Shown here: in pieces, positions 37,286 through 48,898 of the stretch
Layout of the letters: each line of letters starts with the position of its first letter
Numbering within the stretch: the first letter of the stretch is position 1
NCBI GenBank assembly: GCA_963790025.1
Contig: CAWBMP010000004.1
Location: forward strand, 640,001-704,000
Source of the DNA: Nitrospirota bacterium
GTDB taxonomy: Bacteria > Nitrospirota > Thermodesulfovibrionia > Thermodesulfovibrionales > Dissulfurispiraceae
DNA: 64,000 nt
Direction: 5' to 3'
Made by a program: the position numbers and the translations under genes
The notes under the pieces: generated by a model
Told to the model about the DNA's origin: nothing
What the model saw: the letters and a program-made list of their open reading frames with translations, nothing else
Databases searched by the model: none

Positions 37286-38844
37286 AAAAGCACCCTGCCG
37301 GAAAGCGTTCCCGTGAACTCTCCTCCATCCACCGCGAGATTCCCGTTGACAAAAACATACTCAATGCCTTCGGGCCTCGTGAAAGGCTCCTTGAATGATG
37401 CCTTATCCATAATCCTGTCATAATCAAATATCACAATATCCGCATACAACCCCTCCCTGATGAGGCCCCTGTCTGCAAAGCCGAAGGTCGCGGCAGGGAG
37501 GCCAGTCGTCCTCCGTATTGCTTCCGGCAGCGTTACAAGACCTTCGTCCCGGACATATCTGCCGATAAACCTCGGGAAACTCCCGAACCCTCTCGGATGA
37601 GGCTTGCCGTAACATGTCGGTCCTGAAAAAGACCGGACAGAACTGTCAGAGCCTATCATGAGGTAAGGGAGTGACAGAAAGCGCCTGAGGTTGTCTTCGC
37701 TCATTGAAAAAAATATCGCACCGGTCCTGGCCCGATCATGAATAAGCAGCGCCAGAAGCGCGTCGACGATATTTCGCCCCATCTTTGAGGCAATATCAAA
37801 TATATTTTCTCCTTCCATCCAGCTGTTTTCAGGGTTTAAGACCGAGGAAACATAAACGCCTTTCCAGTAATTATCGTCTTTCAGGCTGATTTCAGACTTG
37901 ATGCGCGCTGCATGTTCAGGGTCCCTGAGACGGACCAGTTCATCTTCGACACCTCCATCATACACCCATGAAGGCAGAACGGTATCGAGGTCAGTGCTGG
38001 CAGCTATATAAGGGTAGCGGTCGCATGTTATGTTCACACCCTCTCTCCTCGCAGTTTCGATCATCCGGATGGCATCGTCAATCTTCCACCAGTTCCGCTC
38101 CCCTGCGGTCTTCAGGTGAGAAACGTGGACAGGCACTCCCGCTCCCCTGCCTATTTCCAGCATTTCGGAAATGGACTCGATAAGCATATCACCTTCGCTC
38201 CTCATATGAGAAGCATAAATGCCACTGGAAGACAAAACCCCGGCCAGCACGGTCAGTTCCAAAGTGTCGGAATAAATGCCCGGCGGGTAAATAAGACCTG
38301 TAGAAAGCCCTCTGGCCCCTGCCACAACAGCATCAGACAGGAGCCTTTTCATCACGGTCAGGGCATCGCCGCCGGGAGCGGCATCCTTATACCCGACCAC
38401 CGAACCCCTGATATTACCATGTCCGCAGAGTGTGGCAAAATTTATGGCGGTGCCTTTCTTTCTTAAAAGGTCGAAATATTCCCGGAACGTCGACCACCTG
38501 TCAGTTATTCCCAACTCCTCCAGGTCAGCCTCCCGGCGAATTGCCGCCTCACCTAATAGCGGGGCTGCGGAAAGGCCGCAGTTACCGTTTATTTCCGTTG
38601 TAACGCCCTGGCAAAGCTTTCCTTCGGCCCTGCCGTCGGCAAGGAGGGTAAATTCCGAATGGGCATGGGTATCGATAAACCCGGGTGCGACAATAAGTCC
38701 CCGCGCATCAATGGTCCTCACGGCATTGGTTCTCCGGCTGCCGGCATAGACTATCCTGTCGTCGTGTATACCGATATTCATTTCCCGCGGCCCTGCACCG
38801 CTGCCGTCGACCACCATTCCGTTTTCAATCAAATAGTCGATCAT
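37282..38844 (-). CDS. N-acyl-D-amino-acid deacylase (amidohydrolase)
   Basis: PGFIDTHAH, GNCG, SHMRSE, GSDS, HPRGFGSFPR; start MIDYLIENG. Confidence 0.9.
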   Translation of the reverse strand: MIDYLIENGMVVDGSGAGPREMNIGIHDDRIVYAGSRRTNAVRTIDARGLIVAPGFIDTHAHSEFTLLADGRAEGKLCQGVTTEINGNCGLSAAPLLGEAAIRREADLEELGITDRWSTFREYFDLLRKKGTAINFATLCGHGNIRGSVVGYKDAAPGGDALTVMKRLLSDAVVAGARGLSTGLIYPPGIYSDTLELTVLAGVLSSSGIYASHMRSEGDMLIESISEMLEIGRGAGVPVHVSHLKTAGERNWWKIDDAIRMIETARREGVNITCDRYPYIAASTDLDTVLPSWVYDGGVEDELVRLRDPEHAARIKSEISLKDDNYWKGVYVSSVLNPENSWMEGENIFDIASKMGRNIVDALLALLIHDRARTGAIFFSMSEDNLRRFLSLPYLMIGSDSSVRSFSGPTCYGKPHPRGFGSFPRFIGRYVRDEGLVTLPEAIRRTTGLPAATFGFADRGLIREGLYADIVIFDYDRIMDKASFKEPFTRPEGIEYVFVNGNLAVDGGEFTGTLSGRVLL

Positions 38845-38851
38845 ATAAATC

Positions 38852-38999
38852 CTGTCCAAGAGCAGGCAGGGCATAGTGCTGAAGCAGACTTTGGCAGCCT
38901 TAGACGCCATGGATGGCTGAACAGGCTACCACAGCCTCGGAGCAAGGCTGGATGCCTTCCGGGAATGAGCTGAAGCACTGTGGCCTGACTGCTCGACAG
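38852..38999 (+). repeat. Long imperfect intergenic hairpin (~148 nt)
   Basis: CTGTC..GAGCAG.CAGG.CATAGTGCT..AGC pairs with GCT..AGCACTGTG.CCTG.CTGCTC.GACAG; inner CAGCCTT/AAGGCTG. Confidence 0.55.
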
Positions 39000-39000
39000 T

Positions 39001-39672
39001 TTAGCCGTCATTGATTGCTTCATCCTGTAGAGTTTTTTTATCACTATCAGCTGTCCCGGTCACGAAGAATTTTTCCGGGTCGGCCATACTTTCGACGAAA
39101 AGCGGAACCATGAAGGAGGCAATCAAAGTCACATTTAATTTGAAATCAGATATGATACTTTTTCCAGCAGCCGGTCCCAATTGTACTTTAGTCTTCTCGG
39201 TGTACCTGTTGTAGAGCTTTTGCTTCAGAACAGGAAAACATTGAAGAGTGAGTCCCATAATGGAGAAAAAATCATGCACAGGCAGACCAATCCGTCCGAG
39301 AGGGCGAAACAAGGTCCTGAGTGAGCCGATCATTGCTTCAACGGGCGTAAGGTGCATCAGTATTTTCGCCGCGTATACCATATCGAAAACCCTGAGCATG
39401 CGCACAGCCGCAATCCTGAGACCCTCATCAGTGACTGTAACAGTACCCACTACAGCAACAATCCTCCCCGACTGGTAAAACAAATTGCTTGCAAAGGTGA
39501 ATCCCAGGAAAAACAATATGGGGACAAAACCGCTCCTGACCTTTTTGAACGGCAGGAAAAAAAGCGCGAACACGACACTTCCAGATATTATCAGTTGCAG
39601 TTGAACGTTGCCGGAAAGGAATACAAGAGCGGCAAAAAAAACATACACTAAAAGATTAATGCCCGAAGACAA
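39001..39672 (-). CDS. ECF transporter transmembrane (T) component
   Basis: TDEGLR, LTP..MI..LR.LFRPL.RIGLPV, PLFVES. Confidence 0.75.
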   Translation of the reverse strand: MSSGINLLVYVFFAALVFLSGNVQLQLIISGSVVFALFFLPFKKVRSGFVPILFFLGFTFASNLFYQSGRIVAVVGTVTVTDEGLRIAAVRMLRVFDMVYAAKILMHLTPVEAMIGSLRTLFRPLGRIGLPVHDFFSIMGLTLQCFPVLKQKLYNRYTEKTKVQLGPAAGKSIISDFKLNVTLIASFMVPLFVESMADPEKFFVTGTADSDKKTLQDEAINDG

Positions 39673-39676
39673 GGAG

Positions 39677-41026
39677 TTACCTGGAATTCCGTAAATATTT
39701 TATTCTTTCAGCCTTGGGTGCTGCAACATCCTGATCATAATTTCCATAGTCTTTTTTCTGCTCCATTCCTCCGGAGACCACCTGCCGTTGAGGCATCGAA
39801 GTAAAATAAGCATTTATCCCGGCGACAAGAGATGCGGCAATCTCCTGCCTGTACTCTCCATCAGCCAGCAACTTTTCTTCATCCGGATTGCTTATAAAGG
39901 ACACCTCCGCAAGCGCGGAAGGCATCTGCGCATCAACCAGAACATAAAACAACGCCTGCTTCACGCCCAGGTCGGCTACTCTGGGATACAGGGGCCTTAT
40001 TGTTGATATGAGCAAACGCTGGATATTACCCGCGAGATTCAGCGATCCGTCCCGTTTCCTGTCCCTGTCCAGAGAGGCCAGGATAACACCCAATTCACTT
40101 TGCACCTGTTTCATCCTTTTCACCGATATGGCATTTTCCCGTGCAGCCACCCTAAGGGCTTCCTCGTCATTTGTCCAGTTAAGCAGATAAGTCTCGATAC
40201 CTCTGGCCTTTCTGTTGGGGCTTGCATTGGCGTGAACAGACAGGAAGAAGTCCGCCTCGCTTTTATTAGCGATCCTGGCCCGCTCAGGCAGCGGTACGAA
40301 TACATCGCTGTCACGGGTAAGAATCACTTTGTATAAGGGGTACTCCCTGTTTATAATACTCCTCATTCTCAGGACTATGTCCAGGACCACGTCCTTCTCG
40401 AACAGCCCTGTCGGCCCGACTGCGCCGGAGTCATGGCCGCCGTGGCCGGCGTCAAGCACAATAATTTTTCTCTGGATTAAAGCCGCCTCTCTATTTGCGT
40501 CCGGCTTAGGAGGTTCCGCAGGCTTTTGAATATTTTCAGGGGCCTGCTTTTTTCCATCAGCCGTTTTAGAGAAAACATCGATTATAAGACGGTATGGGTC
40601 CTCAAGGTTGAATATCTTAAAGTCATAATTCGGTGATCCCAGGTCAAAAACGATTCTCACAGTATTTGCATCGAATTGGCCGAGCCTTACGGCCTTTATC
40701 AGTGGATCATTTATCGCATAACTCTTCTGCAATTCTTTTGAAAGTTTTGCGTTCTTGATATCGAGAAACAGCCGTTCAGGGCCGGTGAGTTTGTTGGTCG
40801 CAGGTATTTCCACAGGACCGGAAAGGTCAATGACAATCCTTAAGTATTGTGAAGTTACGTGATATCTGAGCCCTTTGACATCAACAGGGTTCACGGCAGC
40901 ATGGGAATGTGGGACGAGAAAACAGGAAAAAATGATAAAGAGAACGTAAAACCCGGCCTCTACGCAGAGTTTAGCTCCGCCAGTCGCGCACGGATTCTTA
41001 TGCCCCTTATGGTCTGAATCAATCAT
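39677..41026 (-). CDS. amiC: N-acetylmuramoyl-L-alanine amidase with AMIN domain
   Basis: VRLGQF..VRIVFDL, LDAGHGGHDSGA, SVHAN, AARENA, EVSFISN. Confidence 0.88.
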   Translation of the reverse strand: MIDSDHKGHKNPCATGGAKLCVEAGFYVLFIIFSCFLVPHSHAAVNPVDVKGLRYHVTSQYLRIVIDLSGPVEIPATNKLTGPERLFLDIKNAKLSKELQKSYAINDPLIKAVRLGQFDANTVRIVFDLGSPNYDFKIFNLEDPYRLIIDVFSKTADGKKQAPENIQKPAEPPKPDANREAALIQRKIIVLDAGHGGHDSGAVGPTGLFEKDVVLDIVLRMRSIINREYPLYKVILTRDSDVFVPLPERARIANKSEADFFLSVHANASPNRKARGIETYLLNWTNDEEALRVAARENAISVKRMKQVQSELGVILASLDRDRKRDGSLNLAGNIQRLLISTIRPLYPRVADLGVKQALFYVLVDAQMPSALAEVSFISNPDEEKLLADGEYRQEIAASLVAGINAYFTSMPQRQVVSGGMEQKKDYGNYDQDVAAPKAERIKYLRNSR

Positions 41027-41247
41027 ACGGCCTGAACAGCTTTAACCTCCGGAATGTCCTTTCTCATCGTCGCTTCAACCCAGTTCTTCAAGGTCAGGGA
41101 AGACATGGGACATGTGCCGCATGCTCCCCTTAATTTTACATATACTATATCGTCTTTTATTTCAATTAATTCAATATCGCCACCCTCTGATTTGAGTCCG
41201 ATCCTGATCTTGCCCAAAACTTCTTCAACCATTTCTTTTGTAATCAT
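41023..41247 (-). CDS. NifU/Nfu-domain protein
   Basis: EGGDIEL, LRGACGTCPMS. Confidence 0.9.
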   Translation of the reverse strand: MITKEMVEEVLGKIRIGLKSEGGDIELIEIKDDIVYVKLRGACGTCPMSSLTLKNWVEATMRKDIPEVKAVQAV

Positions 41248-41436
41248 TTCTCCTCCGCCCGGAAATCTCACGACCAGGTTTATTTTTATTAATATAGCGG
41301 ATTAGCGGAAATAAATCAATGATATGTTTGATTTGCAAATGAAAATATTGGTTTCAGCAACCTGTGTGACAGTGGGATACTTGATTTCCGTATCACGGTC
41401 AGATAAGATTTATTCAAGAAGCATAGGAGGGATAGA

Positions 41437-41781
41437 ATGGCGTTTAAAGCGGACATAAAGGTGGAAGGTGTGGGACCATGTATCGAATATTTAATTGATT
41501 CAGTCGGCTACCAGGCCGGATCGGTGGTAAGCAAGCAGCTTATCAAAAAGGAGACAGGCAATATAACGCTTTTTGCGTTCGATGAGGGCCAGGGCTTGAG
41601 CGAGCATACTGCCCCATATGATGCTTTTGTATACGTCCTTGATGGCGAGACAGAGATATCAATATCAAAGAACCCTTTCAACCTCAAAAAGGGGGATATG
41701 ATCATCATGCCTGCCAACAAGCCCCACGCGCTGAAGGCTTTGACAAAATTTAAAATGCTCCTGGTGATGATACGCTCATAG
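41437..41781 (+). CDS. Cupin-domain protein
   Basis: TLFAFDEGQGLSEHTAP, MPANKPHAL. Confidence 0.9.
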   Translation: MAFKADIKVEGVGPCIEYLIDSVGYQAGSVVSKQLIKKETGNITLFAFDEGQGLSEHTAPYDAFVYVLDGETEISISKNPFNLKKGDMIIMPANKPHALKALTKFKMLLVMIRS

Positions 41782-41802
41782 TAATTCTTTAGCGCACGGC
41801 GC

Positions 41803-42420
41803 TTACTTCCTGCCCGAACTCAGCAGCAGCCCTGTCTCCGCAAGCCTCTTACCGAAGACGCGGCAGATAGCTGACTCATGCTCGTCAATATCATTCGAAT
41901 TGTCGGGACCCGCCACATGACCGGGACCATAAGGGGAGCCTCCCGCCTTCGTAAGGAAAAGTTCGGGAACAGAATAAGGCACGCCGACAAGGATAAACCC
42001 AAGATGCAGCAATACCGTCATCAGGGTAAGAATAGTCGACTCCTGCCCGCCATGCAGCGAGCCGGTCGACACAAAAACCCCTGCGGCTTTACCTTCAAAT
42101 ACCTTCTGCATCCACAAAGAGCCGAGCTGGTCGATTTTATTCTTTAACTGGGCAGAGACGTTGCCGAATCGTGTCGGAGTACCGAAAGCTATCGCTCCAG
42201 CCTCTTTGAAGTCATCCAACGTAACAAGAGGGACATCTTTCTGCATCGCGGCGCCCGATTTCATGTCGGTCCTTGACTCGACCACCGAATCCGGTAGAAG
42301 TTCAGGGACCCTTCTGACCACCGCCTCCGCGCCCTTCACCCGCTCGACTCCTTCCGCCACCAGTTTTGCCATCTTATACACATTCCCGAAGGCGCTATAA
42401 TAAACAATCAATACTTTCAT
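41803..42420 (-). CDS. wrbA: NAD(P)H:quinone oxidoreductase
   Basis: VYYSAFGN, FGTPTRFGN, HGGQE, GGSPYG. Confidence 0.92.
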   Translation of the reverse strand: MKVLIVYYSAFGNVYKMAKLVAEGVERVKGAEAVVRRVPELLPDSVVESRTDMKSGAAMQKDVPLVTLDDFKEAGAIAFGTPTRFGNVSAQLKNKIDQLGSLWMQKVFEGKAAGVFVSTGSLHGGQESTILTLMTVLLHLGFILVGVPYSVPELFLTKAGGSPYGPGHVAGPDNSNDIDEHESAICRVFGKRLAETGLLLSSGRK

Positions 42421-42571
42421 TGTCCCTCCCTCTCCCATAGAAATGCCCCGGGATGTTCTTGCCGGGTTTTATAACTAAAGTGTACCTGTTTTCTTTCCCT
42501 TGTCAAGAATAAAAATACAGCGTTTCATTTTTTTCTTGACAATTATCATATAATCGTATATAAATACGTTT

Positions 42572-42991
42572 ATGCGTGAGGTCCTGGATATTATTAAATT
42601 GTTTTCGGATGAGTCACGGCTCAGGATACTGTTGCTGCTCCTTAAGAAGGAACTCTGTGTCTGTCAGATAATGGGGGTCCTTGATATGTCCCAACCACTT
42701 GTATCAAGAAATCTGTCCCTGCTGCTGAGGGCCGGCTTTCTTAAAGACAGACGGGAAGGAAAGCTCATGTTCTACCGGACCAAAATAATACTGCCGAAAA
42801 AACAGCGGCTTTTTCTTGCCGCAGTAAACGAACTGCTTCAAGATGATAAAACTTTAAAAAAAGATCTCCGCTCGCTTCAGGACTGTAATGAATTCCAGAA
42901 ACAGACCGGCAGGTGCGATATGGTTACTTTGAAGGCTTTCATGCGATATAGACGGCACAGAACCAGTAAGCAGTGGGCAGCACGCAATTAG
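42572..42991 (+). CDS. ArsR/SmtB-family regulator
   Basis: ELCVCQ, SQPLVSRNL; TTGACA-17-TATAAA just upstream. Confidence 0.9.
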   Translation: MREVLDIIKLFSDESRLRILLLLLKKELCVCQIMGVLDMSQPLVSRNLSLLLRAGFLKDRREGKLMFYRTKIILPKKQRLFLAAVNELLQDDKTLKKDLRSLQDCNEFQKQTGRCDMVTLKAFMRYRRHRTSKQWAARN

Positions 42992-43019
42992 CTGACAACA
43001 AAAACTAAGGAGGGAGTCA

Positions 43020-44483
43020 ATGAATGGCAGAATTGATAGTATGAAAAACTATAAAGATAACTTTTCTTCTTTGCTGCCTTCTGCCTGCTGCTTACTGCCC
43101 ATTGTCTTCTGTTTCCTGCTTACTGCTTACTGCATACTGTCTTTTGCTGCGACGGCAGCGGCGGCGGAAGAGGGACCCCGGCCACTGCACCCCGAAAAGT
43201 CTGCGACTTTTCAGGGAAACCGGCTTTCTCTCGTGGACACGATCAAGTACGCCCTGGAAAACAATTATGAGATCAGGGCATTCAAAAATACAGTTGCAGC
43301 GACTGATGAGAATATCGGGGTGGCAAGGAGCGCTCTTTTTCCCAACCTTAATTTTGAAGAGCGTTTTACAAGGACAAACAACCCTACTTATGCCTTCATG
43401 GCAAAGCTCAACCAGGAGCGTTTTTCGTCGGCCGATTTTGCCGTCAATTCACTGAACAACCCGGCCGCTATTAATGATTTTGAGACTTCCCTGTCATTCG
43501 AACAGCCGATCTTCAATAAAAAGGCATATGTCGGGCTGAAAATGGCAAGGCAGGAGTTTACTGCAATAAATGCGGATTACACAAGAAAAAAAGAGGAGAT
43601 AGCTTTTAAAGTTACAGAGGCATATTTTGCGGTTGTGACAGCCGGCGAACGGCTCGCATTTGCGGAAAAGACACTTGATGATACCAGAGAACATCTTCGC
43701 ATCGCAGAGATGAGGTTTAAAACAGGTCTCGGCCTTTTTTCCGACACTTTGAGGGCATCTACTGCCGTTACTGAAGCAGAACAGCGGCTCGTAACCGACA
43801 GAAAAAATCTTGTAGTCGCCGGAAGGGCGCTGGGGCTTCTGCTGGGCAGACAGGAGCCTGTGAATGCTTCTGAAGGCCGGCCGGAAATTCCCTTGAAAGG
43901 CAAAGATTATTATAGCAATGCCGCTCTTTCTAGGGAAGATATCAAGTCGATGGAAGCTCTCTCCGAGAAGGCTAAAAACAGTATTGCTCTCTCCAGGGCA
44001 ACCTACTGGCCCACCCTGGGCATTAGCGGCTCTTACCAACTGAATGACCACCGCTATCCTGTCGGTCCGGAAGGAGACAGTTGGCTCATCGGGGCGTTCC
44101 TCAGGTGGGAACTTTTCGACGGTACTAAACGGGAGCATGAAGTGGCACAAGCCCGTTACCGCGCAGCCGAGACAGAGGAAAAACTTAAGGGGCTCAAAGA
44201 TACAGTGTCGTTTAAGGTGTACGCAGCATACTTAGGGATTGAGGAGGCAAAGAAGAACGTCGAACTATCCCAGTCGGCACTGAAAACCGCTGAAGAAGGA
44301 AAACGGCTGGTGGAGGAACGCTACGAAAATTCTCTCTCGCCTCTCGTAGATCTTTTGGATACACAGGTTAGCGTCGACCATGCGCGTGTCAATCTCGTGG
44401 CCAAAGAAAACGAATACCGGATCGCGGTTGCCGATCTTAGCTATGAAAGCGGGACCATTCTGAAAGACCTGAATATAGAATAA
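43020..44483 (+). CDS. TolC-family outer membrane protein
   Basis: ALENN, two OEP-like repeats, RYENSL...DLLD. Confidence 0.9.
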   Translation: MNGRIDSMKNYKDNFSSLLPSACCLLPIVFCFLLTAYCILSFAATAAAAEEGPRPLHPEKSATFQGNRLSLVDTIKYALENNYEIRAFKNTVAATDENIGVARSALFPNLNFEERFTRTNNPTYAFMAKLNQERFSSADFAVNSLNNPAAINDFETSLSFEQPIFNKKAYVGLKMARQEFTAINADYTRKKEEIAFKVTEAYFAVVTAGERLAFAEKTLDDTREHLRIAEMRFKTGLGLFSDTLRASTAVTEAEQRLVTDRKNLVVAGRALGLLLGRQEPVNASEGRPEIPLKGKDYYSNAALSREDIKSMEALSEKAKNSIALSRATYWPTLGISGSYQLNDHRYPVGPEGDSWLIGAFLRWELFDGTKREHEVAQARYRAAETEEKLKGLKDTVSFKVYAAYLGIEEAKKNVELSQSALKTAEEGKRLVEERYENSLSPLVDLLDTQVSVDHARVNLVAKENEYRIAVADLSYESGTILKDLNIE

Positions 44484-44528
44484 AACAAGTAAAAAGTGAA
44501 AAGCTTAAAGTAAAAGGAGAAAGGCAAA

Positions 44529-45680
44529 ATGGCAATAAATAAAAAACTGAAAAAAAAAGGAACAGGGCTAAAGGCAAAAAGTAGTCTTCCTTTCGCAATT
44601 CGTCTTTGGCCTTTTACTTTTTACTTTTTACTTTTTACTTTTTGCCTGCTTTTGCCTGGTTGCAAGGACAAAGTGGGGCCCGGCACAGTGGCAGTGACCA
44701 GGCAACCGGTAAAGGGGGTAACTATCGCAACAGTTCACCCGTCCGAAGTGCAGGAGTATTTTGAAGCGTCAGGCACTATTAAGGCTAAGACTATAAGCCG
44801 GGTCGCAAGCAAAGTAATGGGGACCGTCACGTCACTCAGAGTTAAGGAAGGCGACCAGGTCCGTGCAGGACAGGTACTCATGACGATAGACGACAGGGAC
44901 ATGGCCCAGAAGGTGACTGCGGCAGAAAAGACGCTCGAGGTTGCACAGCAAAACAGATCGCTGGCCGATATTACTTACGGGCGCTACAAAAATCTTTATG
45001 ACAAAAGGGCCCTGTCACAGCAGGAGATCGATCAGATAGAGACACAAAAAAAAGTCGCAGAACTGGATTACGAACGGGCGAAGGCGCTGCTTACCGAGGC
45101 ACAGATCAACCACGGTTTCTCAAGGATAACAGCCCCGATATCTGGGATAGTGACTGAAAAGAAGATCGAGTTCGGGAGTATGGCGGTACCGGGTACCCCC
45201 CTTCTGGTTGTGGAAGACACTTCTTTTTACGAGGTAGAAGCCCCTGTGGACGAGAGACTGGCGGGAAAATTGAGAGTCGGGATGCCGGCAGAGATCGTAA
45301 CCGATTCGCCGGGGCAGCGGATGCCGGGAAAAATTACCGTGATCGTTCCTCTGGTTGACGCCATGTCGCGGACATTCATCGTGAAGGTCGGTGTTGCAGG
45401 CCCCTCGCTGAGAACAGGCCTTTACGCAAAAGTAAGGATACCTGTCGGGGAAAAGCAGGCGATCCTGGCGCCTGAATATGCGGTGGTGGAGAAAGGACAA
45501 CTGACCGGCGTATACGCGGTTGACAGCCAAGGGATAATCGCATACCGGCTGGTGCGGCCCGGCAGGAAATACAACGGTTCCGTGGAGATTTTGTCCGGCA
45601 TCAATCCTGGTGACAGAATCATTACGGGGGGTGTTGAACATGCAGTTGATGGCGGGATCGTGACCGGGGCACGCAAGTAA
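44529..45680 (+). CDS. RND efflux membrane-fusion lipoprotein
   Basis: LPGC, VKEGDQV, ITAPISG. Confidence 0.9.
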   Translation: MAINKKLKKKGTGLKAKSSLPFAIRLWPFTFYFLLFTFCLLLPGCKDKVGPGTVAVTRQPVKGVTIATVHPSEVQEYFEASGTIKAKTISRVASKVMGTVTSLRVKEGDQVRAGQVLMTIDDRDMAQKVTAAEKTLEVAQQNRSLADITYGRYKNLYDKRALSQQEIDQIETQKKVAELDYERAKALLTEAQINHGFSRITAPISGIVTEKKIEFGSMAVPGTPLLVVEDTSFYEVEAPVDERLAGKLRVGMPAEIVTDSPGQRMPGKITVIVPLVDAMSRTFIVKVGVAGPSLRTGLYAKVRIPVGEKQAILAPEYAVVEKGQLTGVYAVDSQGIIAYRLVRPGRKYNGSVEILSGINPGDRIITGGVEHAVDGGIVTGARK

Positions 45681-48600
45681 TGAACGCGTTGGGCCCTGCC
45701 GGCATGATTGCAAAGGCTTTTATCAACTCAAAACTCACTCCGCTGATCGTCATTGCATCTCTGCTCCTGGGGGTATTTGCAATTATAGTGACTCCCAGGG
45801 AAGAGGAACCTCAAATCGTCGTGCCTATGATCGATGTGTACGTTACATACCCAGGCGCGTCCGCGAGGGAGGTGGAAGAGCGTGTGACCAAGCCGATGGA
45901 AAAGTTCCTGTGGGAGATCAAGGGGGTGGAGTATGTTTACTCAATCTCTAAACCCGGCATGAGCATAGCCATTGTAAGGTTCTATGTGGGCCAGGACATG
46001 GAGAACAGCATTGTCAATCTATACAACAAGCTCATGTCCAATTACGACAAGATCCCGCCGGGGGTATCGCAGCCCCTCGTAAAGCCGAAGTCCATTGACG
46101 ATGTCCCCATTCTGACCTTTACTCTCTGGAGCGGCCAGTACACTGGATACGAACTGAGGAGAGTTGCCGTGCAGGTTGCCGACGAACTAAAAAAGGACAG
46201 CGATGTAGCGGAATTTTCAGTTATCGGCGGCCAAAAAAGACAGGTAAAGGTAAGTGTCGATCCCAGCCGCCTCAGGGCATATAACCTCTCTCCTTCACAA
46301 GTAATTCATATGCTCCAGAAAGCCAATTTCGCACTGCCGTCGGGGGCTTTTCCTTCGCAGAACCGGGAATTCCTGGTCGAAACCGGGGCATTTCTTAAAA
46401 ACGCGCAGGATGTGGGAAATGTGGTGGTGGGCGTGTACAGCGAGAGACCTGTTTATCTCAGGGACGTCTCCCAAATAACGGACGGTCCCGAGGAGCCTGC
46501 GGACTATGTCTTCATGGGCCTGGGTCCGGCGTCGCTGAAGAACGTGGAGTATTCCACGCTGCAGAATAAGGCGGGCCAGTACGAGGCTGTAACTATTGCC
46601 ATCGCCAAGAAGAAAGGGACCAACGCCACCCATATTGCTGAAAGGGAGTTGAAGAAGATAGAAGCATTGAAGGGGAATATCATCCCGTCGGGAGTGGAAA
46701 TCACCACAACACGGAATTACGGTGACACTGCAAAGGAAAAATCCGACGAACTGCTGGAGCACATGCTTATTGCCGCGATCTCGGTCACTGTCCTGATCGC
46801 CCTCGCCCTCGGATGGAGGGAATCCATAGTTGTGGCGGTGGCCGTGCCGGTGACTCTTGCGCTCACCATCCTTGTCAACTACGCGCACGGCTATACCCTT
46901 AACAGGGTCACGCTTTTTGCGCTCATCTTTTCCATTGGTATTCTGGTTGACGATGCGATTGTCGTGGTGGAAAATATACATCGTCACTTCAGGATGGGCA
47001 CCGTTGACCGGGAAACTGCGGTACTATCCGTGGATGAGGTTGGAAACCCGACCATTCTCGCTACGTTTACTGTCATTGCGGCCCTTCTGCCCATGGCGTT
47101 CGTATCGGGGTTGATGGGTCCATACATGCGGCCCATTCCCGTCGGCGCGTCTGCGGCGATGCTGCTCTCGCTGCTTATCGCCTTTATTATAAGCCCGTGG
47201 CTGAGCTACATCCTCCTGAAAGGCACGAAGAAAGATTCGGAGGGACACGGGGAAAAAGAAGAAAGCAGGTTTATGGGCACGCTGAACAAGATGTATGAGG
47301 CCAATCTGAGAGGGCTTCTTGAGAGCAAGAAAAAAAGAGTTATCGGCTTAGTGCTTGTCCTCCTGCTCATGGGAGGTACGATAGCCCTGGTCCCCCTGAA
47401 ATTGGTTATCGTGAAAATGCTCCCTTTCGACAATAAAAGCGAACTGCAGGTCATCATCGACATGCCGGAAGGCTCCACGCTGGAAGAGACTGCGGCGCTC
47501 ACACGGGGTATTGGGGAATACCTGAAAGCCGTGCCGGAGGTAACCAACTACCAGTCCTATGTTGGCACTGCAGCGCCCTTTAACTTCAATGGCCTGGTGC
47601 GGCACTATTTCCTGCGGTCTGGAAGCAATGTCGCGGATATTCAGGTCAATTTTGTTCCAAAGGGCGAGCGGAAGGCGCAGAGCCACGATATCGCAAAAAG
47701 GATACGGCCTGAAATCGAGAAGATCGGCGAGAGGTTCAAGGTGCGCAGCATCAAAATCGTGGAGATACCACCGGGTCCTCCCGTACTGAGCACTCTTGTG
47801 GCGGAGGTGTACGGACCTCATTTCAACAGGCAGATAGATATAGCACGCCAGATAAAGGACATTTTCAGCAAGACCAGAGGCGTGGTCGACATAGACTGGT
47901 ACATGGAAGACGACCAGAAGAAGATGACCTTTGACGTGGACAAGGAAAAAGCCGCCTATAACGGGATCAGCACGGAAGATGTTGCTCAAACACTTAAAAT
48001 TGCCCTGGGAGGATCCGTCGCCGGACTCGCGCACATGGACAAGGATTTAGAGCCTGTTGATTTGTATTTTCGCACGCCTATTCCCGAGAGGGCAGGTCTG
48101 GAACGACTGCAGGAAATTGCTCTTCCTTCGAACTCGGGCGCCATGGTGCCTCTATCCGAACTCGTCAAAGTAAGAGAGGGAATCGAGAACAAGACAATTT
48201 ATCATAAGAACCTTAAGCGTGTGGTTTATGTAATCGGGGACGTAGCCGGCACCGAGGAGAGCCCGGTTTATGCAATTATGAAGATGAAAGAGGCGGTGAA
48301 AAAGCTCAGGCTTCCGGAGGGCTACGAACTTAAGCAGTACAATGCCGTGCAGCCCTGGCTTGAGAACAAATATTCCATGAAATGGGACGGAGAGTGGCAC
48401 ATCACCATTGAGGTGTTCAGAGACCTGGGCATCGCCTTCGCGGCGGTGTTGCTTTTAATCTATATAATGGTCGTGGGCTGGTTCAGGTCGTTCATAGTTC
48501 CTATCGCCATTATGGCCCCGATTCCACTTTCCCTGATTGGAATTCTGCCCGGCCATGCACTGATGGGCGCGTTCTTTACTGCAACCTCCATGATAGGATT

Positions 48601-48898
48601 CATTGCAGGAGCTGGAATAGTTGTGAGAAATTCGATCATACTGGTTGATTTTATCGAGCTTAAACTCTCCGAAGGAGTGCCGCTGAAGGAGGCGGTGGTT
48701 CAGGCCGGTGTCATACGGTTCAGGCCGATGCTGCTCACAGCGGCCGCGGTAGTGGTAGGGTCATCCGTCATACTCTTTGACCCCATATTCCAGGGCATGG
48801 CGATATCCCTGATGGCCGGCGAGGTCGCATCGACATTTCTGTCGAGAACAATGGTGCCCGTACTCTATTATATGATGAAACAAAAAGGAGGAGAATAA
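45680..48898 (+). CDS. RND efflux permease (AcrB/CusA superfamily)
   Basis: [30 protein letters not shown]. Confidence 0.95.
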   Translation: MNALGPAGMIAKAFINSKLTPLIVIASLLLGVFAIIVTPREEEPQIVVPMIDVYVTYPGASAREVEERVTKPMEKFLWEIKGVEYVYSISKPGMSIAIVRFYVGQDMENSIVNLYNKLMSNYDKIPPGVSQPLVKPKSIDDVPILTFTLWSGQYTGYELRRVAVQVADELKKDSDVAEFSVIGGQKRQVKVSVDPSRLRAYNLSPSQVIHMLQKANFALPSGAFPSQNREFLVETGAFLKNAQDVGNVVVGVYSERPVYLRDVSQITDGPEEPADYVFMGLGPASLKNVEYSTLQNKAGQYEAVTIAIAKKKGTNATHIAERELKKIEALKGNIIPSGVEITTTRNYGDTAKEKSDELLEHMLIAAISVTVLIALALGWRESIVVAVAVPVTLALTILVNYAHGYTLNRVTLFALIFSIGILVDDAIVVVENIHRHFRMGTVDRETAVLSVDEVGNPTILATFTVIAALLPMAFVSGLMGPYMRPIPVGASAAMLLSLLIAFIISPWLSYILLKGTKKDSEGHGEKEESRFMGTLNKMYEANLRGLLESKKKRVIGLVLVLLLMGGTIALVPLKLVIVKMLPFDNKSELQVIIDMPEGSTLEETAALTRGIGEYLKAVPEVTNYQSYVGTAAPFNFNGLVRHYFLRSGSNVADIQVNFVPKGERKAQSHDIAKRIRPEIEKIGERFKVRSIKIVEIPPGPPVLSTLVAEVYGPHFNRQIDIARQIKDIFSKTRGVVDIDWYMEDDQKKMTFDVDKEKAAYNGISTEDVAQTLKIALGGSVAGLAHMDKDLEPVDLYFRTPIPERAGLERLQEIALPSNSGAMVPLSELVKVREGIENKTIYHKNLKRVVYVIGDVAGTEESPVYAIMKMKEAVKKLRLPEGYELKQYNAVQPWLENKYSMKWDGEWHITIEVFRDLGIAFAAVLLLIYIMVVGWFRSFIVPIAIMAPIPLSLIGILPGHALMGAFFTATSMIGFIAGAGIVVRNSIILVDFIELKLSEGVPLKEAVVQAGVIRFRPMLLTAAAVVVGSSVILFDPIFQGMAISLMAGEVASTFLSRTMVPVLYYMMKQKGGE

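Noticed and set aside
38841..39044. Small ORF between ecfT and the deacylase
   Set aside because: Coincides with the long hairpin and has no protein-like motif, although its stop overlaps the next ATG.
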